From contig OZ255842.1 in assembly GCA_965277805.1 (NCBI GenBank), positions 1,280,001 through 1,344,000 on the forward strand: a DNA stretch of 64,000 nt, in the 5' to 3' direction. Source of the DNA: Candidatus Lustribacter sp. Its GTDB lineage: Bacteria > Vulcanimicrobiota > Vulcanimicrobiia > Vulcanimicrobiales > Vulcanimicrobiaceae. The notes under the pieces were generated by a model that worked only from the letters and a program-made list of their open reading frames with translations, was not told the origin of the DNA and searched no databases. This document shows, piece by piece, positions 1 through 10,709 of this stretch; within the stretch, counting starts at the first letter, position 1; each line of letters opens with the position of its first letter. Both the position numbers and the translations under genes were made by a program.

Positions 1-847
1 GGACATCGGCGCCGGCGATCGCCGGATGCGTGAGCGAATACGTGCCCGCGAACGCCGCATGATCCCCGTGAATGGCCGCCGCTTGACCGGTGCGCCGGTC
101 TTCGAGCACAATCGGTGCTTGCAGGCGGTCGGCGAGCGCGGTCAACGCATCTTGCGCGTCGGCGTTGAACGCGATCTCGCTGCCGGCGACGATCGTGACC
201 GCCTTCCCCGCGGCGAGCAGTTCGGCGGCGGCGCTGACGTCGGCCGGATCGGGCCGGCGGCGCGCAGCAAAGCGTTGACGCTTCGCCGGCGGCAACGGTG
301 CCTCGAGTTGCGCTTCGACCAGATCTTGCGGCAGCCCGAGATAGGCCGGTCCCATCGGCTCCGCAATCGCAGCTTGCAGCGTGCGGCTCAGATCCCCCGG
401 AATACCGTCGGTCTTCAACGCGACGCGCGAACGTTTGACAAGCTGGCGGATGTAGTCTTGCTGAAAGGGCGAGGTCGTGAAGCCGTCGCGATTGGCGATC
501 GCTGTCGACTTGAGCCCGTTGAGGATCACGAGCGGGCTGTGGGCGTTGGCCGCACAGGTGAGGTGCGCGACGCCGTTCGCCAAGCCCACGTTGGCGTGCA
601 GATAAGCGATCGCCGGGCGGCCGCTGACGCGCGCGTACCCATCGGCCGCAGACACCGCGATCGCCTCGTGCGTCGTGAGGATCACGCGCACGCCGGGATA
701 GTCGAGCGATGCATCGAGCACCGCGGCTTCAGTACTGCCGGGACACGTGAAGAGCAGATCGATCTTCCAGTCCCGCAGCATGTCGAAGATCGCGTGCGCG
801 CCGTCGTGCACGAGGGCTGCGGCGGCGACGCGATCTTGCAGTTGCAT
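1..847 (-). CDS. Thiamine pyrophosphate-binding enzyme (benzoylformate decarboxylase/acetolactate synthase-like), 3' end outside window
   Basis: Not in the ORF track. Manual translation from ATG 847 gives MQLQDRV...FTCPGSTEAAVLDA...THEAIAVSAADGYARVSGRPAIAYLHANVGLANG, a TPP N-terminal domain (PGSTE, HE, ADGYAR). Confidence 0.88.
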   Translation of the reverse strand, partial: MQLQDRVAAAALVHDGAHAIFDMLRDWKIDLLFTCPGSTEAAVLDASLDYPGVRVILTTHEAIAVSAADGYARVSGRPAIAYLHANVGLANGVAHLTCAANAHSPLVILNGLKSTAIANRDGFTTSPFQQDYIRQLVKRSRVALKTDGIPGDLSRTLQAAIAEPMGPAYLGLPQDLVEAQLEAPLPPAKRQRFAARRRPDPADVSAAAELLAAGKAVTIVAGSEIAFNADAQDALTALADRLQAPIVLEDRRTGQAAAIHGDHAAFAGTYSLTHPAIAGADV

Positions 848-1058
848 CCTGCGGGGCCTTCGCACCCCCGGAAAGCGCTCCCTGGGGTCGGGCTGGCAGC
901 GGTTTTGTAGAGTTTATGACTCGACAGGATGGCTCGGACCGCTTAGCGGGAACCATGGAATTTAGGGTGGCCGAGCAGAATTCGAGGTAGGTATCATTTC
1001 CGGCCAACTGCGCCCGTTTGGTGACTTTTCAGATTTCGGTGAGGCGGCTGAAGGCGTC

Positions 1059-1958
1059 ATGGACATGCTCAACGAGCTGCACGTCCTCGACGCCTGGTTC
1101 GTCACCCGCATTCGGCTCGATGAGTGGATCGTCACGCACCTGCGTGGCAAAGCGCCCTTCGAACGCGGCCAAGCGCTGAAGATTCCGGCCGCGATGCGCG
1201 AGACGATGCTGCGCGGCCAGGATGGCAAAAGCAAGATCGAGTCCGAGCTCGAGCAGGTCGCGGTGCGGACTTCGGCCGACCGCTCGCCCAGTGAACCAGC
1301 TTTCGTGGGCGCCCCGCTCGTGGTCGGTGACCAGCTCTTCGGCGTGCTCTGCGGCGTCGATATGAGCTCGAAGCTCACGCCGGCGCATCACGACTCGCCG
1401 CATCTGATGACGGCCGCACGCATTCTCAGCACGATCCTCCGCAACGAACTCGAAAATGAAGCGCTCATCCGGCGCGCCGAGCGGGCGGAGGCCGACGCCC
1501 TGGTCGACGAGCTGACCGGCCTCTTCAATCGCCGCGGCTGGGATCGTTTGACCGACGCGGAGGAAACACGGGCGGCGCGCTACGGTCACGGCGCGACAGT
1601 GTTCATGATGGACGTCGACGGGCTCAAGCAGAAGAACGACGGCGAAGGTCACACGGCCGGGGACGCACTCCTGCGCCGGGTGGCCGACGCGGTGCGCAGC
1701 GTGATCCGCGAGCACGACGTCGCGGCGCGTTTGGGCGGCGATGAATTCGCGGTCTTGGCGGTCGAGAGCGACGACGAGCAATCGACCGGCCTCCAGCAAC
1801 GCCTCGAGGCGGCCTTTGCCGCCGCCGGCGTGGAGATCTCGATCGGTACCGCGCACCGCGCGTACGACGGCGGGATCGCCGAGGCGGTCGAACGGGCCGA
1901 CGCGGCGATGTACGAGCGCAAGGCCGCTCGGGCGCGCGTCGAATCCAGCAGGGCATGA
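1059..1958 (+). CDS. Diguanylate cyclase with N-terminal GAF-like domain
   Basis: DELTGLFNRR, DVDGLKQKND, RxxD I-site (REHD) and intact GGDEF. True start may lie upstream. Confidence 0.9.
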   Translation: MDMLNELHVLDAWFVTRIRLDEWIVTHLRGKAPFERGQALKIPAAMRETMLRGQDGKSKIESELEQVAVRTSADRSPSEPAFVGAPLVVGDQLFGVLCGVDMSSKLTPAHHDSPHLMTAARILSTILRNELENEALIRRAERAEADALVDELTGLFNRRGWDRLTDAEETRAARYGHGATVFMMDVDGLKQKNDGEGHTAGDALLRRVADAVRSVIREHDVAARLGGDEFAVLAVESDDEQSTGLQQRLEAAFAAAGVEISIGTAHRAYDGGIAEAVERADAAMYERKAARARVESSRA

Positions 1959-2389
1959 GCCGGTTTTCCGCCCTCGCCGTCAGCCTGTTTCTCGCCCTTA
2001 GCGGTCCGGCCGGGGCGGAAACGCCGGCGGCGGCGGCCAAAATCGTGCCCGGAACCTACCGGCAGATCGATACGGTTACCAAGCAACCGCTGGCGCTCGG
2101 CAGCCAGATCGTGATCATCGCCGGCAAAGCCGGGCGGCTCGGATTCTCGCTGAACGCGGTCCGTCAGGCCGACATGAACCAGGGCTTCGTCGTAGGGCTG
2201 CTGCCGGCGGCGCCGCCGCTTACCTGGTCGCGCACGTCCGCCGCGGGAAACTGCCGTTTGAGCTTCGACGTGCTGCCCAAAGCGCTCAAGGTCACGCAGG
2301 ACGTCGGCTTCGGTGATTGCGGCTTCGGCGCCGGGGTCAACGCGACCGGGACGTATGCCTTGGTCGCCGAGAAGCCGCTCAAGCCTTGA
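1955..2389 (+). CDS. Hypothetical secreted protein
   Basis: ATGA overlap with the upstream gene; signal peptide (MSRFSALAVSLFLALSGPAGA); two Cys. Confidence 0.75.
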   Translation: MSRFSALAVSLFLALSGPAGAETPAAAAKIVPGTYRQIDTVTKQPLALGSQIVIIAGKAGRLGFSLNAVRQADMNQGFVVGLLPAAPPLTWSRTSAAGNCRLSFDVLPKALKVTQDVGFGDCGFGAGVNATGTYALVAEKPLKP

Positions 2390-2415
2390 CCAATGAGGCC
2401 ATTTCCCGGTAATAT
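2386..2415 (+). promoter_or_regulatory. Putative sigma70 promoter for the rpsK operon
   Basis: TTGACC-N18-TAATAT, about 165 nt upstream of rpsK. Confidence 0.55.
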
Positions 2416-2581
2416 AGGGCGTTGTCTCCGGCGCTGCCGGAGTCGCGCATTTATGCGCCCACCGCCCTCGCCGAGCGGTTTGGAATGAGTTCGGGCCGGT
2501 TCGCGTCAGCGAATCAGTGCCGGCCGAGGCGACGACACCCCCTCTCGTTGCAGGGGGCAAGATAAACGACGGAGTTTCCTT

Positions 2582-2977
2582 TTGGCGGCCAAGAAACAGA
2601 CCAAGACGCGCAAGAAGCGCGAGTTCAAAAACGTCGGATCCGGTATCGCGCACATCCACAGCTCGTTCAACAACACGATCGTGACGATGACCGATAACCA
2701 GGGTTCCACCATCGCGTGGGCGTCGGCGGGCAACCTCGGGTTCAAGGGTTCGAAGAAGTCGACCCCGTTCGCAGCGCAGATGGCCGCCGAAGCGGTCGCG
2801 CGCAAGTCGATGGAACACGGGATGAAGTCGGCTGAAGTTTACGTCAAGGGTCCGGGCGCCGGTCGCGAAGCCGCGATCCGTTCGCTGCAGGCTGCCGGTC
2901 TGGAAATTACACTCATCAAAGACGTGACGCCGATTCCGCACAACGGTTGCCGTCCGCCCAAGCGTCGCCGCGTTTAA
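2582..2977 (+). CDS. rpsK: 30S ribosomal protein S11
   Basis: [48 protein letters not shown] start. Confidence 0.99.
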   Translation: MAAKKQTKTRKKREFKNVGSGIAHIHSSFNNTIVTMTDNQGSTIAWASAGNLGFKGSKKSTPFAAQMAAEAVARKSMEHGMKSAEVYVKGPGAGREAAIRSLQAAGLEITLIKDVTPIPHNGCRPPKRRRV

Positions 2978-2995
2978 GAGAGTTTAGAGAAAGAT

Positions 2996-3655
2996 ATGGC
3001 TCGTTATACTGCTGCGGTGTGCCGTCTGTGCCGCCGCGAAACCGCCGCCTCCAAGACCGGCGAAAAGATCAAGCTCTTCCTCAAGGGCGACCGCTGCCTC
3101 TCGCGCAAATGCGCGGTCGAACGCCGCGGCACCGCGCCCGGTCAGAAGACGCAGAACACCAAGGCTCGTCAGAAGATCTCGGAATACGGCCGCCAGCTGC
3201 GCGAGAAGCAGAAGATGCGCCGCTACTACGGCGTGCTCGAGACGCAGTTCGAGAGCTACTTCCGCGAAGCGCAGCGCGTCCCGGGCCAGACCGGTAAGGT
3301 CTTCCTCCAAACGCTCGAACGCCGCTTCGACAACGTGGTCTATCGCCTCAACCTGGCGATGAGCCGCAAACAAGCGCGTCAGCTCGTGACCCACCGCCAC
3401 TTCCGCATCAACGGCCGGATCGTCAACATCCCGTCGTACATCGTGAAGGCCGGCGACGTGATCACGATCAGCGACCGCTCGAAAGAAACCGACGCGTTCA
3501 AGCAGCTGATCGAAGTTGCGAAGAACCGCCGTCATCCCGAGTGGCTGGAATTCTCCGAAACCGACGCATCCTCGAAGGTTCTAGCGCTGCCGGGCCGCGA
3601 GCAAATCGATACGCCGGTCGACGAGCAGCTCATCGTCGAATACTACTCGCGCTAA
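2996..3655 (+). CDS. rpsD: 30S ribosomal protein S4 (zinc-binding form)
   Basis: MARYT..CRLCRRE..LFLKGDRC..C, SEYGRQLREKQK, IVEYYSR. Confidence 0.99.
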   Translation: MARYTAAVCRLCRRETAASKTGEKIKLFLKGDRCLSRKCAVERRGTAPGQKTQNTKARQKISEYGRQLREKQKMRRYYGVLETQFESYFREAQRVPGQTGKVFLQTLERRFDNVVYRLNLAMSRKQARQLVTHRHFRINGRIVNIPSYIVKAGDVITISDRSKETDAFKQLIEVAKNRRHPEWLEFSETDASSKVLALPGREQIDTPVDEQLIVEYYSR

Positions 3656-3750
3656 ACCTCACTCAATCGCCGCTAGGCGTACGATCGTCGTCACATCGGA
3701 TGGTGTGCCGGCGGATAACGTAAGCGGAAACAAGGATCAACCAGAAAACA

Positions 3751-4677
3751 ATGACCGTCCTCGACACGCCGCAAGGCACCCAAATCGAAGTTCGCGAGCG
3801 CCGCGAAAATTACGCCAAGTTCGTGATCGAGCCGCTCGACCGCGGCTTCGGCATCACGCTCGGCAACGCGCTGCGCCGCGTGCTGCTCTCGTCGATCCCC
3901 GGCGCTGCGGTAACGTACGTCAAGATCGATACCGTGCTGCACGAGTTCTCGACGATTCCGGGTGTCGTTGAAGACACCGTCGACCTGCTGCTCAACCTCA
4001 AGGGCCTGCCGCTCAAGCTGAACACCGACGATCCGAAGGTGCTCACGCTCAACGTCAGCGGCTCGAAGGAAGTCACCGCGGGCGACATCTCGCCCGACGC
4101 CGACGTCGAGATCCTGCAGCCCGACTACCACATCGCGACGATGACGAAAAAAGACGCCAAGATCCAGATGGAAATCGGCGTCGAGAAGTCGCGTGGCTAC
4201 GTCACCGCCGACCGTCAGAAGAACATCGAGCACATGATCGGCCTGATCCCGATGGACTCGATCTTCTCACCGATCCGCAAAGTCAACTTCACCGTCGACG
4301 ACACGCGCGTCGGACAGTCGGTCGACTTCGACCGCCTCACGCTCGAGATCGAGACCAACGGTTCGATCACGCCCGACGATGCGCTCTCCGAAGCGGCCAA
4401 CATCTTCACCGACCAGCTCGCGCTGTTCATCGACTTCTCGACCGAAGAGAAGCCGGTTCCGACGGCGCCGGCCAGCGAATGGGACGTGCCGGTCGAAACG
4501 CTCAACCTGAGCGTGCGCTCGTTCAACTGTCTCAAGCGCGCCGGGATCTCGAAGGTCTCGGAACTGCTCGACATGACCGAAGACGAAATCTTCAAAATGC
4601 GTAACTTCGGTAAGAAGTCGCTCGACGAGATCAAACAAGTACTCGAAGAAAGGGGCCTGTCGCTCCGTCAGAGCTGA
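3751..4677 (+). CDS. rpoA: RNA polymerase alpha subunit
   Basis: EPLDRGFGITLGNALRRVLLSSIPG, LSVRSFNCLKRAGI, NFGKKSLDEI. Confidence 0.99.
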   Translation: MTVLDTPQGTQIEVRERRENYAKFVIEPLDRGFGITLGNALRRVLLSSIPGAAVTYVKIDTVLHEFSTIPGVVEDTVDLLLNLKGLPLKLNTDDPKVLTLNVSGSKEVTAGDISPDADVEILQPDYHIATMTKKDAKIQMEIGVEKSRGYVTADRQKNIEHMIGLIPMDSIFSPIRKVNFTVDDTRVGQSVDFDRLTLEIETNGSITPDDALSEAANIFTDQLALFIDFSTEEKPVPTAPASEWDVPVETLNLSVRSFNCLKRAGISKVSELLDMTEDEIFKMRNFGKKSLDEIKQVLEERGLSLRQS

Positions 4678-4704
4678 TGCTCTGACGTAGACGGCGGAAA
4701 CATC

Positions 4705-5058
4705 ATGCCGCACCAAATGGCGAACAAACGCCTCTCACGCACGCAGGGACCGCGTCGCGCGCTGCTCCGCAGCCTGACGACGTCGTTCTTTTTGCACGAG
4801 AAGATCGAGACCACGTCGACCAAGGCCAAGGAGATCTCCAAGATCGCCGAACGCATGATCACGCAGGCTCGCCGTGGCGATTTGCACTCGCGCCGCCTCG
4901 TTGCCGAGTACTTGCTCGACCCCCGCGTCGTCAAAAAGCTGTGCGAGCAGATCGCCCCAGCGTACAAAGACAAAACGGGTGGCTACACCCGCATCACGAA
5001 GTCACGCGTGCGTCCCGGAGACGCCGCCGAACTCTCTTTCTTGGAACTCGTCAAGTAG
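4705..5058 (+). CDS. rplQ: 50S ribosomal protein L17
   Basis: HEKIETTSTKAKE, GGYTRITK, GDAA; follows rpoA. Confidence 0.97.
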   Translation: MPHQMANKRLSRTQGPRRALLRSLTTSFFLHEKIETTSTKAKEISKIAERMITQARRGDLHSRRLVAEYLLDPRVVKKLCEQIAPAYKDKTGGYTRITKSRVRPGDAAELSFLELVK

Positions 5059-5060
5059 CA

Positions 5061-5083
5061 GGGTTCGCGCTCTGCGCGAACCC
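5061..5083 (+). other. Perfect 10-bp hairpin between rplQ and trpE, no U-tract
   Basis: GGGTTCGCGC-TCT-GCGCGAACCC. Confidence 0.6.
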
Positions 5084-5096
5084 GGGTCTACGCCCT

Positions 5097-6476
5097 ATGA
5101 ACACCACCACCGTAGCTGAAGACCCTCTCTCTCTGCATTCCGCGATGCGCTCGTTCATCGCGGACGCAATCACGCCGATTAGCGCGTTCCTCGCCCTGGC
5201 TCAGCCGGGGCGTTCGTGTTTGTTGGAGTCGGTCGAAGGCACCGACCGGATCTCGCGCTATTCGTTCATCGGGATCGACTATCTCGAATCGAAAGTGTTC
5301 GACGACGATCCGCAGATGCTCGACGGCATCCGCGCGCTGATCGGCAAGTACGAACTCGACACCTCGGCGTTGCCGTTCCCCGGCGGCGCGGTGTGCGTGT
5401 TCACCTACGATGCGGCTCGTCAGTTCGAGAAGATCGGGCCCAAGCTGCCCTCCGACATCCCGTTCTCCGACGCACTGGTGGTCGTGCCGGGAACGTGGGT
5501 CGTCTTCGACCACTTCACGCACCGCGTCACGCTGATCGGCTTTGCCCGCAATAGCGCGGAGCTGCCGGGTGTAGACGCGCGTCTGGCCGACTACGAACAG
5601 CGCTTGATGACGGCGCGTTCGAGCGTGCCCAAAGAGATCCGCGTACGCGGGGCGGTGAGCCAATCGATGGACCGGCCGGCGTTTCTCGAGCGCGTCGCGA
5701 CGGCCAAACACCACATCTACGAAGGCGACATCTACCAGCTGCAAGTCGGCATCCGGTTCTCGGCCGAGATCGAAGGCGGCACGCCGTTCGACTTCTACCG
5801 GCAGATTCGCGCCCTGAACCCCTCGCCGTACATGTTCTACATCGAGCACGGCGGCGAAGCGGTATTCGGCGCGTCGCCGGAGTTTCTGGTGCGTCTCGAT
5901 GGCCGGCGCGCGTCGATGCGTCCGCTGGCCGGCACGCGCTCGCGCAATCCGGATCCGGACGTCGATACGGCGGTTGCCGCCGAGCTGCTGGCAAACGAGA
6001 AAGAACGCGCGGAGCACGTGATGCTGGTCGATCTCGGCCGTAACGACTTGGGCGCGGTCGCCACGACGGGCAGCGTGCACGTTGACGAGCTGATGATCAT
6101 CGAGCGCTTCTCGCACGTGATGCACATCGTGTCGAACGTCGTCGCCGAGTTGCGCGAGGATCGCGATGCGCTCGACCTCTTCGCAGCCACGTTTCCGGCC
6201 GGCACGGTCACCGGCGCGCCCAAGATTCGTGCGATGCAGATCATCGATACGCTCGAGCCCGTCGCGCGCAACTTTTACGCCGGCAGCATCGCGCACTTCC
6301 ACTTCGACGGCGACATGGATTCGTGCATCACGCTGCGTTGCGTGGCCGTCGCCGGCGGCAAGGCCTACTGGCAAGCCTCGGCCGGCATCGTCGCCGACAG
6401 CGAACCGGCCGCCGAATATGACGAGATCCAACACAAAACCGGCATCGTCCGCGCCGTGTTAGGCTTACCGCGATGA
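5097..6476 (+). CDS. trpE: Anthranilate synthase component I
   Basis: LLESVEG, SRYSFIG, NPSPYMF, GASPE, KERAEHVMLVDLGRND, TVTGAPKIRAMQII. Start reassigned to ATG 5097. Confidence 0.95.
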   Translation: MNTTTVAEDPLSLHSAMRSFIADAITPISAFLALAQPGRSCLLESVEGTDRISRYSFIGIDYLESKVFDDDPQMLDGIRALIGKYELDTSALPFPGGAVCVFTYDAARQFEKIGPKLPSDIPFSDALVVVPGTWVVFDHFTHRVTLIGFARNSAELPGVDARLADYEQRLMTARSSVPKEIRVRGAVSQSMDRPAFLERVATAKHHIYEGDIYQLQVGIRFSAEIEGGTPFDFYRQIRALNPSPYMFYIEHGGEAVFGASPEFLVRLDGRRASMRPLAGTRSRNPDPDVDTAVAAELLANEKERAEHVMLVDLGRNDLGAVATTGSVHVDELMIIERFSHVMHIVSNVVAELREDRDALDLFAATFPAGTVTGAPKIRAMQIIDTLEPVARNFYAGSIAHFHFDGDMDSCITLRCVAVAGGKAYWQASAGIVADSEPAAEYDEIQHKTGIVRAVLGLPR

Positions 6477-7051
6477 AGCTCTTGCTCGTCGACAACTACG
6501 ATTCGTTTACGTACAACCTCGCGCACCTTTTCGGCGGAACCGGTGCAGAGGTCGACGTCATTCGCAACGACGATCCGCGCTTGGTCGACGGCGTGCTGGC
6601 GAATTACGACGCGACCGTAGTCGGCCCAGGCCCGGGGCGGCCGGAGGATGCCGGAAGGATGTATGCGATCTTGCGCGAGGCGGCGGCGACGAAGCACCCG
6701 CTGCTCGGCGTGTGTTTGGGCGCGCAGGGGATCGGCGCCGTCTTCGGCGGCGAGGTGATTCACGCGCCGCAACTGATGCACGGCAAAACCTCGGAGATCA
6801 CGCACGACGGGTCGGGCGTCTTCGCCGGCGTGCCGTCACCGTTCACCGCAACGCGCTACCATTCGCTGTGCATCTCGCACGAGAACTTCCCGGCCTCGCT
6901 GAAGGCCGTCGCGGCGAGCGAAGATGGCGTGATCCAAGGCGTCGCGCACCGCGAGCTGCCGATCTGGGGCGTGCAGTTCCATCCCGAATCGATCCTTACG
7001 CCGGCCGGAGTGCAACTCGCGCGCAACTTCCTCGCGAGCGCGCAAGCATGA
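6473..7051 (+). CDS. trpG: Anthranilate synthase component II (glutamine amidotransferase)
   Basis: DNYDSFTYNL, GPGPG, GVCLG, RYHSL, GVQFHPES. Confidence 0.96.
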   Translation: MKLLLVDNYDSFTYNLAHLFGGTGAEVDVIRNDDPRLVDGVLANYDATVVGPGPGRPEDAGRMYAILREAAATKHPLLGVCLGAQGIGAVFGGEVIHAPQLMHGKTSEITHDGSGVFAGVPSPFTATRYHSLCISHENFPASLKAVAASEDGVIQGVAHRELPIWGVQFHPESILTPAGVQLARNFLASAQA

Positions 7052-8073
7052 ACGACTACCCGCAGCTCTTGCGCTCCGTTCTCCGCGGCGAGGATCTCTC
7101 GGCCGACGATGCGGCGCGCATGATCGGCGGCATCATGGACGAGACGATCTCGCCCGTGCGCACGGCCGCGCTGTTCGCGGCACTGGCCGCGAAGGGTGAA
7201 TCGGCCGATGAGATCGTCGGCGCGGCGCGCGCGATGCGCGAACGCTGCGTGCGCGTCGAACACGGTTTGCCGATGGTGCTCGACATCGTCGGCACCGGCG
7301 GCGACGCCGCGTGCACGATCAACATCTCCACCATGGCGGCGCTAGTCGTTGCGGGCTGCGGCATTCCGGTGGCCAAGCACGGCAATCGCGCGGCGTCGAG
7401 CGCCTGCGGCAGCGCCGACGTGCTCGAAGCGCTCGGCGTCGAGATCGAACGCGATCCCGAAACGTCGGCCCGATTGCTGCGCGAGGCGCGCATCGCCTTT
7501 CTCTATGCCCGGCGCCACCATCCGGCAACGCGCGCGGTCGGTCCGGTGCGCAGCGAGCTCGGCGTACGGACGATCTTCAACGTCCTGGGTCCCTTGACGA
7601 ACCCGGCCGGGGCAAACCGTCTGGTCGTCGGAGTTGCCGAAGAGCGGCACCTCGAGCTCTTGGCCGAGGCGCTGCGCGATCTGGGCGGTGATGCTGCGGC
7701 GATCATTCATTCTGCCAGCGGTCTGGACGAGATTGCCGGCGAGGGACCGACGCACGTGATGCAGTTCGGCGCGAGCGGTATGCGGCGCTGGATCCTCGAT
7801 CCGGCCGACTACGGGGTGCACGCACCGCTGGACGTGATTCGCGGCGGCGATGCAGCGGTCAACGCGGCCGCCGTGCTCGCGATCCTCGGTGGCGAGCGTT
7901 CGCCGCGGGCGGATCTCGTGGTACTGAACGCCGCTTTGGCGTTGGTGGTCGCGGACGCCGCGGCCGACATCAACGATGGGATGGGACGCGCCCGGGCCGC
8001 GATCGTAAGCGGCGCCGCGCGCGCAGCGCTCGACGCATTGCGCGGCGAGCGTATCAAGGAGGTCGCTTCGTGA
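7048..8073 (+). CDS. trpD: Anthranilate phosphoribosyltransferase
   Basis: DIVGTGGD, NIST, AKHGNRAASSACGSADVLE, GLDE; ATGA overlap with trpG. Confidence 0.96.
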   Translation: MNDYPQLLRSVLRGEDLSADDAARMIGGIMDETISPVRTAALFAALAAKGESADEIVGAARAMRERCVRVEHGLPMVLDIVGTGGDAACTINISTMAALVVAGCGIPVAKHGNRAASSACGSADVLEALGVEIERDPETSARLLREARIAFLYARRHHPATRAVGPVRSELGVRTIFNVLGPLTNPAGANRLVVGVAEERHLELLAEALRDLGGDAAAIIHSASGLDEIAGEGPTHVMQFGASGMRRWILDPADYGVHAPLDVIRGGDAAVNAAAVLAILGGERSPRADLVVLNAALALVVADAAADINDGMGRARAAIVSGAARAALDALRGERIKEVAS

Positions 8074-8867
8074 ACGACATGCTCGACAAACTCTATGCCG
8101 CGACCGCGATCGTGCGCGCCGCCGACGAGGCGGGCGAGCCGCTCGACGTGCTGCGCGAACGCGCGCAGGCGCGCATGAGCGAACGCCGCCCGTTTCGCGA
8201 CGCGCTCCTTGCGGGCGACGGTCCGGCGATCATCGCCGAGATCAAGCGCGCGTCACCCTCCGTCGGCTTGATCGTGCGCGAACTCGATCCGGCCGCGATC
8301 GCCCGCGCCTACGAAGCCGCCGGCGCCAACGCGATCAGCGTGCTGACGGAAGGCGATCATTTTCTCGGCGACCTGGCCTATCTCGACATCGCGCGCAGCG
8401 CGTGCCGGCTGCCGATCTTGCGCAAGGACTTCATGCGCACGCGCTACGATGTGGCGCGGTCGGCCGCATACGGTGCCGATTGCGTGCTGGCCATCGTGGC
8501 CGGCCTCGAAGATGCCGAGCTGAGCGCGATGTTCGACGAGGCCGCGCGCTACGCCCTCGACGTGCTGGTGGAAGTGCACGATGAGACCGAACTCAAGCGC
8601 GCGATCGCGCTCGGCGCGACGATTCTCGGCATCAACAACCGCGATCTGCGCACGTTCGAAACGAACCTTGCGGTTACGGCGGAACTGCTGCCGCTCGTGC
8701 CGTCCTCGATCGTCGTCATCTCGGAGAGCGGCGTGCGCTCGCGCGAAGACGTCCAGCCGCTCTACGCGGCCGGCGCGCGCGGCTTCCTCGTCGGCGAGTC
8801 GCTGATGCGCTCGAACGACAAAGCGGAGATGATCCGCGCGCTGCGCGGCAGCGGGGTGCCCGCATAG
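8070..8867 (+). CDS. trpC: Indole-3-glycerol phosphate synthase
   Basis: IAEIKRASPS, SVLTE, LRKDF, GINNRDL, SESG, LVGESLM. Confidence 0.97.
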   Translation: MNDMLDKLYAATAIVRAADEAGEPLDVLRERAQARMSERRPFRDALLAGDGPAIIAEIKRASPSVGLIVRELDPAAIARAYEAAGANAISVLTEGDHFLGDLAYLDIARSACRLPILRKDFMRTRYDVARSAAYGADCVLAIVAGLEDAELSAMFDEAARYALDVLVEVHDETELKRAIALGATILGINNRDLRTFETNLAVTAELLPLVPSSIVVISESGVRSREDVQPLYAAGARGFLVGESLMRSNDKAEMIRALRGSGVPA

Positions 8868-9491
8868 CCGGCCATACCCGCGTCAAGATTTGCGGTTGCA
8901 CGAGCATTGGGGACGTCGAGGGCGCGGTCGACGCCGGCGCCGATGCCGTCGGGATCATCTTTGCCGAATCACCGGTCCAGGTCCGTTTGGCCGACGCGCG
9001 CACGATCGTGCGCAGCGTGCCGCCGTACGTGGCCGTCGTGGGCGTCATGGTCAACCCGTCGCCGGCCGAGGTCGAAGAGATTCTCGCGCTCGGCTGCGTG
9101 CCGCAGTTCTCGGGCGATGAGTCGCCCGAGTTCTGCGCGGCCGTCGCGCGCGGCCGCTACGTGAAGGTGCTGCACTTCGTACACGGCGAGAACTACACGG
9201 CGCAGCGGGCCGAAGCGATGGCCGAACGCTATCGCGAGGCCGACCTGCAGTTCGATTCGCGCGCCGGCGACCTTTACGGCGGCACCGGCACCTCGTTCGA
9301 CTGGCCGTTGGTTACGGCCATCGCACGGCGGCGGCGCGTGATCGTGAGCGGCGGCTTGAATCCCGCTAACGTAGCGGCAGCGGTGGCGAGCGTACGCCCG
9401 TTCGGCGTTGACGTGCGCACCGGCGTCGAACGTAACGGTGCCAAAGATATGGCGATGATGCGCGCGTTCGTGCGCGCCGTTCGGGAAACAG

Positions 9492-9520
<29 letters not shown>
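8864..9520 (+). CDS. trpF: Phosphoribosylanthranilate isomerase (probable ATA start)
   Basis: The frame of ORF 8987..9520 extends upstream as [33 protein letters not shown]; also [24 protein letters not shown]. Confidence 0.93.

Positions 9521-10705
<1,185 letters not shown>

Positions 10706-10709
<4 letters not shown>

Noticed and set aside
26-910. 294-aa plus-strand ORF
   Set aside because: Antisense shadow of the minus-strand TPP enzyme; no recognisable motifs.
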